Of a stretch of DNA of 64,000 nt, positions 1 to 9,978 are shown piece by piece. The stretch is from an uncultured Clostridium sp. (lineage in GTDB: Bacteria > Bacillota > Clostridia > TANB77 > CAG-508): the NCBI GenBank assembly GCA_948468045.1, contig CAOKGO010000002.1:13-64012 (forward strand). Direction: 5' to 3'. The translations under genes and the position numbers were made by a program. A model generated the notes under the pieces. That model was not told where the DNA came from. It was given only the letters and a program-made list of their open reading frames with translations, and did not search any database. Numbering within the stretch: position 1 is the stretch's first letter; the number at the start of each line of letters is the position of its first letter.

Positions 1-155
1 ACTTTCCTATAATAGAACAAAAGAGGCATGATTAAAATTTTATAACCTTTTAGATTACTATTTATGCCTCGTCTTTGTTCGCCCGCGAAAATTGCAAAGC
101 AATTTTCTGTGGAATGCTTGATATTATAGGAAGTTCAGAGAACTTTCCTATAATA
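1..155 (-). repeat. Family A modular intergenic repeat, cut by the window edge
   Basis: Reverse complement of the 19149..19326 copy. Contains the hairpin modules tataggaag..cttcctata, aaaattgcaaagcaatttt and gaggcatga...tatgcctc. Confidence 0.8.
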
Positions 156-230
156 AAATAAAAAATTGTTGCATAAAATTGCCAAAAAAGTAAATAATAT
201 TAATAATATCAAATAATAAGGGGATAGAAA

Positions 231-740
231 ATGTCATTTATCGGTGTTGTTGCAGGTAAAAAATGTTTTGAAAATATAAAGAAAAAAATATCAGAAGAAT
301 TTAAAAAAGAGGACATTAACTTAATTCAAATAAATTTAAGAAGTATAGAAAATGTAAAAAATATAAAATTTGAAACAATTATAATAGAAGACAATAAAGA
401 AAAATTCAAAAATCAAGAAGAAATTTTAGAAAAAATATGCAATAACACACAATATCTAGTAATAAATACAGACAAAAACTTGAATGAAAAGCAAATAAAT
501 AGCAAAAAATGCATAACTTATGGATTAAATCAAAAAGCCAATGTCACAGTATCTAGTATAAGTGATACAGATGTTTTAGTATATTGGCAGAAAAACTTAA
601 AAAACAAGGCAGGATATACAATAGAGATTGAAGAAAAAAGGATCAAGAACGAGCAAAATACACGATTAAACACCTATGAAATATTAATTATTGATATACT
701 TTTCAAGTTGTATTGTAAAAACATAATAGAGGTAATATAG
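231..740 (+). CDS. hypothetical protein
   Basis: 169-codon ORF with a purine-rich RBS-like sequence upstream. No motif recognised. Confidence 0.4.
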   Translation: MSFIGVVAGKKCFENIKKKISEEFKKEDINLIQINLRSIENVKNIKFETIIIEDNKEKFKNQEEILEKICNNTQYLVINTDKNLNEKQINSKKCITYGLNQKANVTVSSISDTDVLVYWQKNLKNKAGYTIEIEEKRIKNEQNTRLNTYEILIIDILFKLYCKNIIEVI

Positions 741-883
741 GAAAAATCTAACTTTTTTGAATAAAATTAACTTTTTATGTAGACAAAACCAAAAAAATAG
801 TGTATAATAGAAATTGTAAATATTTAAGCCTAATGAAAAAAATACAAATACCGATAAAAAACAAAAGTAGGGAGGAAAAAAGA

Positions 884-1591
884 TTGGATACAAATTATTT
901 AGAAAACAACTATTTAACACTAGTTGGAAAAGTTACAGGAGAAAAAGAATTTAGTCATGAAATATATGGAGAGAGGTTTTATATTTTTAAATTAGGAATA
1001 CCACGTTTAAGTGGAAATCAAGACATCATACCTATCACCATATCAGAAAGACTAATAGGTGAAGATGGATTACAAGAAGGGAAAAAAATATTAGTAAAAG
1101 GTCAATTCAGATCTTACAACAGTTATGAAAACGAGAAAAATAGACTAATACTAACTGTATTTGCGAAAGACATCATGGAAGTAGAAGAAAAAGAAGAGGA
1201 AGAAGAAAACGAAATAGTAAGAAAAGACACAATTACAAATGAAGTAGTATTAGTAGGGTATATCTGTAAAAAGCCTATTTACAGACAAACACCATTTGGT
1301 AGAGAAATATCAGACATATTATTAGCGGTAAATAGAGCATATAACAAATCAGACTATATTCCATGTATTGCATGGGGAAGAACAGCAAGATTTTGCCAAA
1401 ACCTAGAAGTAGGTTCACAAGTAAAAATAGTAGGAAGAGTTCAATCAAGAACATATGAGAAAAAATATGAAGATGGAACTTCTCAAACAAGAGTAGCTTA
1501 TGAGGTTTCTATTGGAAGTTTAGAAGTAATCGAAGAAAAAGTTGCTGACAAAGAAGAAGAAACAGAAGTAGAAAACCAAGAAGCAGTATAA
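884..1591 (+). CDS. SSB-like OB-fold protein with two OB-like halves and an acidic tail
   Basis: Part of ORF 800..1591. The likely start is TTG at 884, after an agggagg RBS. The two halves are separated by EEKEEEEENE and the C-terminus is acidic. Family assigned by resemblance only. Confidence 0.5.
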   Translation: MDTNYLENNYLTLVGKVTGEKEFSHEIYGERFYIFKLGIPRLSGNQDIIPITISERLIGEDGLQEGKKILVKGQFRSYNSYENEKNRLILTVFAKDIMEVEEKEEEEENEIVRKDTITNEVVLVGYICKKPIYRQTPFGREISDILLAVNRAYNKSDYIPCIAWGRTARFCQNLEVGSQVKIVGRVQSRTYEKKYEDGTSQTRVAYEVSIGSLEVIEEKVADKEEETEVENQEAV

Positions 1592-1622
1592 AAATAGATG
1601 GATTGTATAAGTTAAAAATAGA

Positions 1623-1659
1623 TTAGGATTTAGGGACGGCCCCCAAATCCTATTTTTTT
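1623..1659 (+). terminator. Rho-independent terminator
   Basis: Hairpin taggatttaggg/cccaaatccta followed by a T-run. Confidence 0.7.
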
Positions 1660-1663
1660 ATTG

Positions 1664-1805
1664 CATAGGAAAAATCTAAGATTTACCTATACAACAAAAA
1701 TATATTCTACACAAATTTGCTAAAGCAAATTTGGCTGACGAACAAAGACGGGGCATGTAAAGTAATCTAAAAGGTCAAAAATTTTAATTATGTTCCTTTT
1801 GTTCT
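1664..1805 (+). repeat. Family A modular repeat
   Basis: Modules in order: ataggaaaaatc..tacctat, ttctacacaaatttgctaaagcaaatttgg, gaacaaagacggggcatg...ccttttgttc. Confidence 0.8.
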
Positions 1806-1807
1806 TT

Positions 1808-1923
1808 GGGCATAATTGGGACAGGCACCGAGTAGCCCATTTGCATTTTGGGCATAACTGGGACAGGCACTGAATAGCCCTTTTGGCATTTTGGGCATAT
1901 CAGTGCCTGTCCTAGATATGCCC
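1808..1923 (+). repeat. Family B tandem repeat: two direct units plus one partly inverted unit
   Basis: Unit gggcataaYtgggacaggcacYgaRtagccc at 1808..1838 and 1850..1880. The unit at 1893..1923 contains the inverted core cagtgcctgtcc. Confidence 0.85.
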
Positions 1924-2137
1924 AATTAATATATTGAGAGGATTAAGGGAGTTAGGATATGCCCCAAAAGTCCTCTTGTTTTTTATATATTTTTTTGATA
2001 TAATTTGAAAAAAATGACATTTAAAAGATTTTTTGTGCAAATATAGAAATTTTAAATGGAGGCTAGTTTATAAAAAATACAGAATTTCTTATAAATATAT
2101 GGGCCTTTAGATCGAAGCAGGAAAGGAAGATTTTTCA

Positions 2138-3802
2138 ATGAAAGAAAAAAATGCAAAGAAGAAAGTAAGTGCATCAATTAAATTTACTGTACTAGCAGTA
2201 ATGTTAATTGCAGTTGTATGTATTGCACTAACACCAGTAACTTTTCAAAATGATACATATTATACAATAAAAATAGGAGAACATATTGCTAGTAATGGAA
2301 TAGATGGACAAGATCCATTTTCATGGCATCAAGATTTAGCTTACACATATCCACATTGGTTATATGACTTATTAACTTATTTAATATATAACTTCTTTGG
2401 ATTTACAGGTATCTATATAACAACTTGTATATTATCAGTTATATTAGGGGTATCACTTTATTTTATAAGCAAAAAACTTACAAAAAACCAAATATTTTCA
2501 TTTCTAATTACAATAGGAGCAATGTATTTACTTAGGTCATACATTGCAGCAAGGGCACAATTAGTAACATTTATTTTATTTGTACTAACAATTTTTTTTA
2601 TTGAACAATTTATTGAAACTAAGAAAAAGAAATATGCTATTGGTTTAATTATTATTCCAATCTTAATTGCTAATTTGCATGTAGCAGTATTTCCATTCTA
2701 TTTTGTACTATATTTACCATATATAGCAGAATACCTAATAACTGTATGTGCAGACATCATTATTTATAGAAAAATAAAGTCATTTTTATTAGAAAATAAA
2801 ATAAAAAGATTAACCAAAAAAGGTGGACAAGAAGAAAAAATAGAGGAATTGAAAAAGGAGTATGAATTATTAGAAAATGAAAATGACAAAGTAAAAGTAA
2901 AAAGAACAAAAGAATTACAAAATCCATATAAAATAAAATTAGAAAAAAAATCTAATGTTAAATGGCTAATTTTAATTATGATTATTTGCTTATTAACAGG
3001 ATTATTAACACCATTAGGAACTACGCCATATACATATTTATCAAAAACAATGCAAGGAAATACAACACAAAACATTAATGAACATTTGCCAATGACTTTA
3101 GTATCAGACACAGGGATACTTTGCACATTGATTTTTATTTTAGCTATTTTGATTTTTACAAAAACGAAGATTAGATTATGTGATTTATTCATGTTAGGTG
3201 GATTATGCTATTTAATGCTAAAAACGAAGAGGCAAGCAACAATGTTTGTTTTAATGGGGTCATTTATTTTAAATAGATGGATGGTTCAATTAATTAATAA
3301 TTACACAAAGGTTAAAGAAGATGAAATGCTAGAAAAAATGCTAAATCTTGCAGGTGTAATAATTATAACAATTGTAACTTTAGCATTAAGTTATTATTTT
3401 GCAAAAGATAAATTTGATGATAAATATGTAGATGAAAGCACCTACCCAGTACAAGCTTCTGATTTTATCTTAGAAAATATTGATTTAGAAACATCAAAAT
3501 TTTACAATGAATATAATTATGGAAGTTATTTACTATATAAAGGAATACCAGTATTTATAGACTCAAGGGCAGATTTATATGCACCAGAATTTAGTGAAAA
3601 ACAAGATGATATTTTTTCGGATTTTATAGATACTTCAAGCATTGGAAAGTTTTATGGAGATATTTTTAAAAAATATGATATGACACATGTAATTACTTAT
3701 AAAAATTCAAAAGTTAATATGATTATAACAAAAACAGAACCAGAAAAGTATAAGGAATTATATCAAGATGATTACTTTGTAATTTATGAAATTGTAAAAT
3801 AG
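2138..3802 (+). CDS. polytopic membrane protein of unknown function
   Basis: 554 codons with many hydrophobic segments, a Lys/Glu-rich loop and a soluble C-terminal domain. Confidence 0.6.
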   Translation: MKEKNAKKKVSASIKFTVLAVMLIAVVCIALTPVTFQNDTYYTIKIGEHIASNGIDGQDPFSWHQDLAYTYPHWLYDLLTYLIYNFFGFTGIYITTCILSVILGVSLYFISKKLTKNQIFSFLITIGAMYLLRSYIAARAQLVTFILFVLTIFFIEQFIETKKKKYAIGLIIIPILIANLHVAVFPFYFVLYLPYIAEYLITVCADIIIYRKIKSFLLENKIKRLTKKGGQEEKIEELKKEYELLENENDKVKVKRTKELQNPYKIKLEKKSNVKWLILIMIICLLTGLLTPLGTTPYTYLSKTMQGNTTQNINEHLPMTLVSDTGILCTLIFILAILIFTKTKIRLCDLFMLGGLCYLMLKTKRQATMFVLMGSFILNRWMVQLINNYTKVKEDEMLEKMLNLAGVIIITIVTLALSYYFAKDKFDDKYVDESTYPVQASDFILENIDLETSKFYNEYNYGSYLLYKGIPVFIDSRADLYAPEFSEKQDDIFSDFIDTSSIGKFYGDIFKKYDMTHVITYKNSKVNMIITKTEPEKYKELYQDDYFVIYEIVK

Positions 3803-3871
3803 TATTTTTAAATACTAATTATTTAAGATAAATAAGGCAAAAGAAAAAGAAAGTTAAAACTAACCAAATTT

Positions 3872-4387
3872 GTGCCTTGGGAAAGGATGAGATCCAAAGT
3901 GAATAAAAAGAGAAAATTGAGCAAAGAAGCCATTTTATTAATTAGTATCGTACTTATTATTGTTTTGGTAGACCAAATAACAAAAATTTGGGTTCAGAGC
4001 TCAGAAGAAATTAATGTTATTTCTGGAGTATTGACCTTTAAAATTAATGAAAATAACAAAGCCGCTTATGGAATAGGATCAAATTCAAAAGCTATGTATT
4101 TTGCTACAAATTTGGTTATTTTAGGAGTGATTTTTAAATTTATTTCTACACAAAATGAGTTTGTAGATAGAAAATTGAAAGTTTTTCTAAGCTTTATTTT
4201 AGCAGGTGGTATTTCAAATGTAATTGATAAGCTAATAAGAGGATATATAACTGAATTTATAGATTTTAGACCAATTGTTAATTTGCCAGTTATAAATATA
4301 GCAGATTTATTTATATTAATTGGTTGGGTAGCTACTGCTGCTATATTTGCCGCTTTTACAGTCAAAGAGTGGAAGAATAAAGACTAA
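3872..4387 (+). CDS. lspA: lipoprotein signal peptidase II
   Basis: NKAAYGIG and VINIADLFILIGW motifs in a four-TM layout. Confidence 0.85.
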   Translation: MPWERMRSKVNKKRKLSKEAILLISIVLIIVLVDQITKIWVQSSEEINVISGVLTFKINENNKAAYGIGSNSKAMYFATNLVILGVIFKFISTQNEFVDRKLKVFLSFILAGGISNVIDKLIRGYITEFIDFRPIVNLPVINIADLFILIGWVATAAIFAAFTVKEWKNKD

Positions 4388-4478
4388 AATTAATATTTTA
4401 ATTCTTTGACTATTATACTTTAATAATATGTGGCTAGAATAGTAACAAATAAAAAAATAATAAAAGGAGTAGTGAATT

Positions 4479-5391
4479 TTGGAAACTTTTGTAGTTAAAA
4501 AAGAAGATGACAAAATTAGAATAGATAGTTATTTGGCAAAACAAAAGAATGGACTATCTAGGGTAGCAGTACAAAGGCTAATAGAAGAGGAAAAAATATT
4601 AGTAAATGGAAAAAAAACAAAAGCATCTTATAAAATACAGGAAAATGACAAAATAATAGTAGAAGAAGATAAGCCAAAAGAAACTAATCTAAAAGCACAA
4701 AACATTCCAATAGAAATAATTTATGAAGACAAAGATATAATTGTTGTTAATAAACCAAAAGGAATGGTAGTACACCCAGCAAATGGAAATCCAGATGGAA
4801 CTTTAGTAAATGCAGTTATGGCAATTTGCAAAGACTCTTTATCAGGAATTGGTGGGGAAATAAGACCAGGCATAGTTCATAGAATTGATAAAGACACATC
4901 AGGAATTTTAATTGTTGCAAAAAATGATAAGGCTCATATTAATTTAAGTGAGCAAATAAAAAATCATCAAGTGAAAAAGACATATATAGCAATTGTAAGA
5001 GGTATTGTAAAAGAAAATGAAGCAACTATAAATATGCCAATTGGGAGAAGTACAAGAGATAGAAAAAAGATGGCAGTTGTGAAAAATGGAAAAGAAGCAA
5101 TTACGCATTTCAAGGTATTAGAAAGGGACTTTGAGCATAATATAACATTATTAGAAGTCACAATAGAAACAGGAAGAACACATCAAATAAGGGTACACTT
5201 GTCTCAAATTGGATACCCAATTATTGGAGATGCAGTATATTCAAATGGCAAAAATGAATGGGGAATACAAGGACAATGCTTACATGCAAAAAGTTTGCAA
5301 TTTAAGCATCCAAACACAGGAGAAGAAATGTATTTAGAAGCACAATTGCCAGAATATTTTAAAGTGATTTTGGAACGGAGAAAAAAATTAA
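4479..5391 (+). CDS. rluD: RluA-family 23S rRNA pseudouridine synthase, RluD-like, with an S4 domain
   Basis: HRIDKDTSGILIV motif. An in-frame CGG lies at 5376..5378. The +1 frame stops at 5389..5391, leaving a clean gap before the next RBS. The zero frame would instead run to 5477. Confidence 0.8.
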
Positions 5392-5439
5392 TATTATTAA
5401 AGCCTAAAGGAACTAATAAATCAAAAGGAGTAAAATGTT

Positions 5440-6135
5440 ATGCCATCATGGATTACACATTTGGTTGTTGCAAATGAAATACAAACTAAGGAAAGAAATG
5501 AGTTTATATTTGCAAATGTTATGCCAGACATTTTAGAGGGATATAATGTAAAAAAGGTATCTGAAATTATCAGAGATTATTCAACACATTTTCCAAAATT
5601 GAAAGAATTAAATAATATTATTGTTAAGTTACCAGATATAGAATATTTTAAGGAAAAATATAAAAATCAGATGTCAAATCCAATTATAAAAGGCTATTAT
5701 ACTCATTTATTAACAGATTATTATTGGAATAATTATGCAGTTGGAAAGTATTTCTATAATTTTGACAAAGAAAAAGATTTAGTAAAATTAAAATTACAAG
5801 ATGGTAATGAAAAGATATGTACATGGGATGAGGCAGTAAAAATCAAACAAAAGGACTTTAGTCAATTTACAAATTATTTAAAACATAATAAAAAGATGAA
5901 AACTCCTATTTTTACTGAGAAAATAGAAGAGTATAGCAAAGAACTAGATGAATTTGAATATACAAAAGATGATATAAAAAATACAGTTGCATATATAGAA
6001 GAATTGGTACAAGAAGAAAACAAAGAAGAAAAAGAAGAATATAGTATGTTCACAAAAAGTGAATTAATACAAACCTTAGAAGAAAATATTTTATGGGTAA
6101 AAGAAAAATTAGAAGAATTAGATATAAAGGAATAA
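5440..6135 (+). CDS. hypothetical protein
   Basis: An aaaaggag RBS lies 9 nt upstream of the start. No confident motif. Confidence 0.5.
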   Translation: MPSWITHLVVANEIQTKERNEFIFANVMPDILEGYNVKKVSEIIRDYSTHFPKLKELNNIIVKLPDIEYFKEKYKNQMSNPIIKGYYTHLLTDYYWNNYAVGKYFYNFDKEKDLVKLKLQDGNEKICTWDEAVKIKQKDFSQFTNYLKHNKKMKTPIFTEKIEEYSKELDEFEYTKDDIKNTVAYIEELVQEENKEEKEEYSMFTKSELIQTLEENILWVKEKLEELDIKE

Positions 6136-6189
6136 AAGTGTCATTATAAAAAGCTTATAACTTTTTATATCATACTTACATGCCATGTT

Positions 6190-6964
6190 TTGTTTGCTAT
6201 TTTACTTAAGAGCAAATTGGAAAGGAAGATAAATTTGGAGGAAATACGATTACAAAAATATATTGCAGAAGCAGGAATTGCATCGAGAAGAAAGGCAGAA
6301 GAGCTAATAGAACAAGGAAAAATCAAAGTAAATGGAAAAGTAATAATGCAGTTAGGAACAAAAATCATACCAGAAAAAGACAAAGTAGAATATGATGGAA
6401 AAATTGTAACAGTTTCTGAACAAAAAGTATACATCTTATTAAACAAGCCAATTGGATATGTAACAACAGCAAATGACCAATTTAATAGACAATCAGTATT
6501 AGATTTAGTAAAAATAAAACAAAGAATTGTGCCAGTAGGAAGATTGGACATGTACACATCAGGTGCTTTAATACTAACAAATGATGGAGACTTTGTATAT
6601 CAAGTAACACATCCAAAACATGAAATAGAAAAAACATATACAGTAACTTTAAAAGGTCAAGTAACAAAAGAAGAAGTAGAAAATTTAAGAAATGGTGTAA
6701 AAATAGAAGAATATATAACAAAACCAGCAAAAGTAAAAATACTAAAAATTGAAAATGAAAAACATCAATCTAGGCTAGAAATCACAATACATGAGGGAAA
6801 AAATAGACAAGTTCGTAAAATGTGTGAAGCAATTAATCATAAAGTACTAGCCTTGCATAGAAGCAAAATTGCAGGAATAGGAGTAAAAGATTTGCCAATT
6901 CGGAACATGGAGAAATCTAACCCAAAAAGAAATTTTGGGCATAATTGGGACAGGCACTGAGTAG
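6190..6964 (+). CDS. rluB: RsuA/RluB-family pseudouridine synthase with an S4 domain
   Basis: IRLQKYIAEAGIASRRKAEELI (S4) and GRLDMYTSGALILTNDG motifs. A CGG at 6901..6903 breaks the frame. The +1 frame gives GTWRNLTQKEILGIIGTGTE and stops at 6962..6964 inside family B. The true start may be TTG near 6235. Confidence 0.85.
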
Positions 6965-7023
6965 CCCATTTGGGCATAACTGGGACAGGCACCAAGTAGC
7001 CCAAACTGGAATTTTGGGACAGC
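6937..7023 (+). repeat. Family B tandem repeat: two units plus a partial third
   Basis: Units at 6937..6967 and 6972..7002, with a partial gggacagc near 7016. Confidence 0.85.
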
Positions 7024-7173
7024 TTTTCTTAGAAGTAGTAGAAACTTAGCAAAAAGTATTTACAATTAAAATGTTTTTTTGATATAATAAGAAAAAAATA
7101 GATGAAATGCGATTAAAATAAGAATATAAAAGAAGTGTACAAATAATACGGAAGAGAAGGAGCATATAAACAA

Positions 7174-7980
7174 ATGGAAACATTAAAATTTAAGCCTGAG
7201 GGATGGAATAATGAAGTTACTCCAGTGGATGAAAGGAATTTAAGTCATTATATAGAAAGAAATGAGACTTTACAAGGGTTAGTAAAAAAATGTGATAATG
7301 ATTATAACCTATATGTTTCATTTGAAAATGGATTGACTGGTATTATGCCAAGAAAAGAGGTAGAAGCTATTAATGTAGAGGATAGTGGGTTACCAAGAAT
7401 AAACTTATGTACAGGTAAAGTGCATAAATTTGTCCAATTTAAGATAAAGGAAGCTAAAGAAGAGGATAATAATATAATTTTATCAAGAAAAGAGGTTCAA
7501 CAAGAGGCTTTAGAGTGGATAAAAAATGACTTAAAAGAAGGTGAAGTTGTAACAGGAATTGTTAAGAGTATCAAACCTTATGGAGCATTTATCGAGATTG
7601 GTGGAGGTATGGTAGGTCTTGCATATATTGAAGATTTATCAATTGCAAGAATAAAAACACCTTATGAAAGGCTAAATATTGGACAAAAAGTGCAAGTTGT
7701 AGTAAAATCTATAGACAGAAACAATGGAAAAGTCATTTTATCATATAAAGATACTTTAGGGTCATGGGAAGATAATGCAAAAAGATTTACAGCAGGAACG
7801 AAAACAAAAGGAATTATAAGAGAAACAGAAAAAAACAAAAATGGAATTTTCATTGAATTAACTCCAAATTTAGTTGGAATGGCAGAATATCAAGAAGGGC
7901 TTGAATACGGGCAGAAAGTAGATGTCTATATTAAAAAAATAGATGACCAAAGAAAAAAAATAAAACTATTAATTGTTTAA
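7174..7980 (+). CDS. S1 RNA-binding domain protein
   Basis: GEVVTGIVKSIKPYGAFIEIGGGMVGLAYIEDLS is S1-type, with a second S1-like segment downstream. Confidence 0.7.
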   Translation: METLKFKPEGWNNEVTPVDERNLSHYIERNETLQGLVKKCDNDYNLYVSFENGLTGIMPRKEVEAINVEDSGLPRINLCTGKVHKFVQFKIKEAKEEDNNIILSRKEVQQEALEWIKNDLKEGEVVTGIVKSIKPYGAFIEIGGGMVGLAYIEDLSIARIKTPYERLNIGQKVQVVVKSIDRNNGKVILSYKDTLGSWEDNAKRFTAGTKTKGIIRETEKNKNGIFIELTPNLVGMAEYQEGLEYGQKVDVYIKKIDDQRKKIKLLIV

Positions 7981-8086
7981 TAATAAATTGGAAAGCTTTA
8001 ATATTATCATAATTTTAACATTTTTTTTGGCTTTCTAAATATATAAAAATATCTGCAATTAGCAGGAGTTAAAGGAGGAATTTAAA

Positions 8087-9022
8087 ATGGTTGAAGATAA
8101 CCAAATTAAAGCACAAGTATCACCTTTTGCTATTAGAGAGGGTGAAATCAAAACTTTTGATGGAAAAGATGGATATGTTTCTATGAATCAAATTGTACAT
8201 AAGATTGATATAGGGCATATTAATGAAATCCATTTTGCTATTTTAGAATTAGTAAATGAGTTTGAATTTATTACATCAAGACAATTATATCAAATGCTAG
8301 AAATTAAGGGGATAGACCCTAAATCACAAGATAAATTGAACAATAAATTAGAACAACTAGTAAAATCTAAGATTTTAACAAGATATTATTTTACTTCTGA
8401 TGAAGGAAAAGGAATTTACAGAATTTATTGTTTGGAAAAAATGGGAAAATATTTGTTGAATTCGAAAGAAATTGACTGCAAATGGCAACCATCTGATAAT
8501 ACAAAGCCAGTTCCTATGATTAAAAAAAGATTAGCAGGAAATCAAACTTTAATTGCTTATTTAAGGAAAGTAAAAGCTTTTGATAGCTATGTTGTAAAAC
8601 CAGCAATTAATGCAAAAATATCAGGAAAGCTATTCAAAGCAAGTGGTGGAAGCGTAAAATTAACTAAAAATGGTAAATCAATTCAATTTGTTTTTGAAGT
8701 AATCAGAAGAGAAGATGACTGGCAAAAGAAAGCAGTTGACAAAATGAGGTTGTACAAAGAATTCTATGAGAATTTTGTATTGGGGGATTCTGGATTTAGT
8801 GGAATGCCACAACTAATTTTAATTTGTGAAGATGAAAAACATATGGCAGAAACATTTAAGGAAATTGTAAAAAATCAAGTAGAAATACCACAAATTAGGT
8901 TGTATTTTTCAACGGATTTAAGACAAAATAAAGAAACTTTAGAAGAAACTTTAGTGGAATTCAAATTAATAGATGGTAAATATAAAATGGAAAATATAGA
9001 ATTGAAATTGTTAGGAATGTAA
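8087..9022 (+). CDS. hypothetical protein, possibly winged-helix (replication-relaxation-like)
   Basis: aggagg RBS upstream. The segment HFAILELVNEFEFITSRQLYQML looks like a wHTH. Family assignment is weak. Confidence 0.4.
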   Translation: MVEDNQIKAQVSPFAIREGEIKTFDGKDGYVSMNQIVHKIDIGHINEIHFAILELVNEFEFITSRQLYQMLEIKGIDPKSQDKLNNKLEQLVKSKILTRYYFTSDEGKGIYRIYCLEKMGKYLLNSKEIDCKWQPSDNTKPVPMIKKRLAGNQTLIAYLRKVKAFDSYVVKPAINAKISGKLFKASGGSVKLTKNGKSIQFVFEVIRREDDWQKKAVDKMRLYKEFYENFVLGDSGFSGMPQLILICEDEKHMAETFKEIVKNQVEIPQIRLYFSTDLRQNKETLEETLVEFKLIDGKYKMENIELKLLGM

Positions 9023-9081
9023 GAAACACCAAAGAGTGAAAACATTTAGATATTCAAACACAAAATATAAGAAAAAAGGTT

Positions 9082-9818
9082 TTAGGTAATTCCCAAAACC
9101 TTTTTTGCTTTTTCAATATCTTCATCATTAGCATTTCTAACATTTTCAAGAGAATAGGGAAGACCAAGCCTTTTCCACTTAAATTTTCCCATATCATGAT
9201 AAGGTAATAACTCTACTTTTTGGACAGTCTTTAAACTATTAATAAAATTCTTTAATTCCAATAAATCTTGTTCATTATCTGTAATTCCAGGAATTAAAAC
9301 TTGCCTTATCCAAATTGGAATATCATTGCCACTTAAGTATCTAGCAAAGTCCAACTCCAATTTATTAGAAAAACCAACTAAATCTTTGCACTTTTTATCA
9401 TCAATATGTTTAATATCTAGCAAAACCAAATCAGTTAAATCCAATAAATTTTTAATATCATCAGTTAAAGCAACCATGCCGAGAAGTATCAATACATGTA
9501 TGAATATGTTGCTCTTTCAAGCGAGAAAACAGTTCTAGCAAAAATTTAACTTGTAACAAAGGTTCTCCACCAGTAACAGTAACACCACCGACGTGGACAA
9601 ATATAATTTTTATAACGCATAATTTTATCAAAAATATCATCTAAAGAATTATATATTCCATCATTCATATCCCATGTATCACGGTTGTGGCAATACTTAC
9701 ATTGCAAGTGACACCCTTGCAAAAAGATTACAAAACGAATACCTGGACCGTCAACAGTGCCAAAAGACTCAATAGAATGCACTTTTGCATAAAATCTTAT
9801 ATCTCGATTTTCCATCAA
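9082..9818 (-). CDS. pflA: pyruvate formate-lyase activating enzyme (radical SAM)
   Basis: [10 protein letters not shown] cluster motif. Two minus-strand CGG frame breaks at 9588..9590 and 9479..9481. The +1 reading restores [13 protein letters not shown] and [10 protein letters not shown]. Confidence 0.9.
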
Positions 9819-9829
9819 TAACTCCTTTT

Positions 9830-9977
9830 GTCGTGTTGGGGACGTTTCTTTTGGGACATTTTTATGTTAATTAGTCAAAACACATGCAAATATAATAACA
9901 AATTAAAGTTACAAACTTAGGTTGTGTTTTGCTAAATTAACATAAAAATGTCCCAAAAGAAACGTCCCCAACACGAC
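9830..9977. repeat. Perfect 43-bp inverted repeat (9830..9872 and 9935..9977) filling the pflB-pflA spacer
   Basis: The arm gtcgtgttggggacgtttcttttgggacatttttatgttaatt and its exact reverse complement. An inner caaaacaca/tgtgttttg pairing is also present. Confidence 0.9.
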
Positions 9978-9978
9978 A

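Noticed and set aside
1808-1923. The family B tandem units (also at 6937..7023 and 25049..25149) could be read as small CRISPR arrays.
   Set aside because: The units are separated by only 4-12 nt of near-constant T-rich linker rather than unique spacers. There are only 2-3 units per locus and no cas genes or leader. One locus contains an inverted unit.
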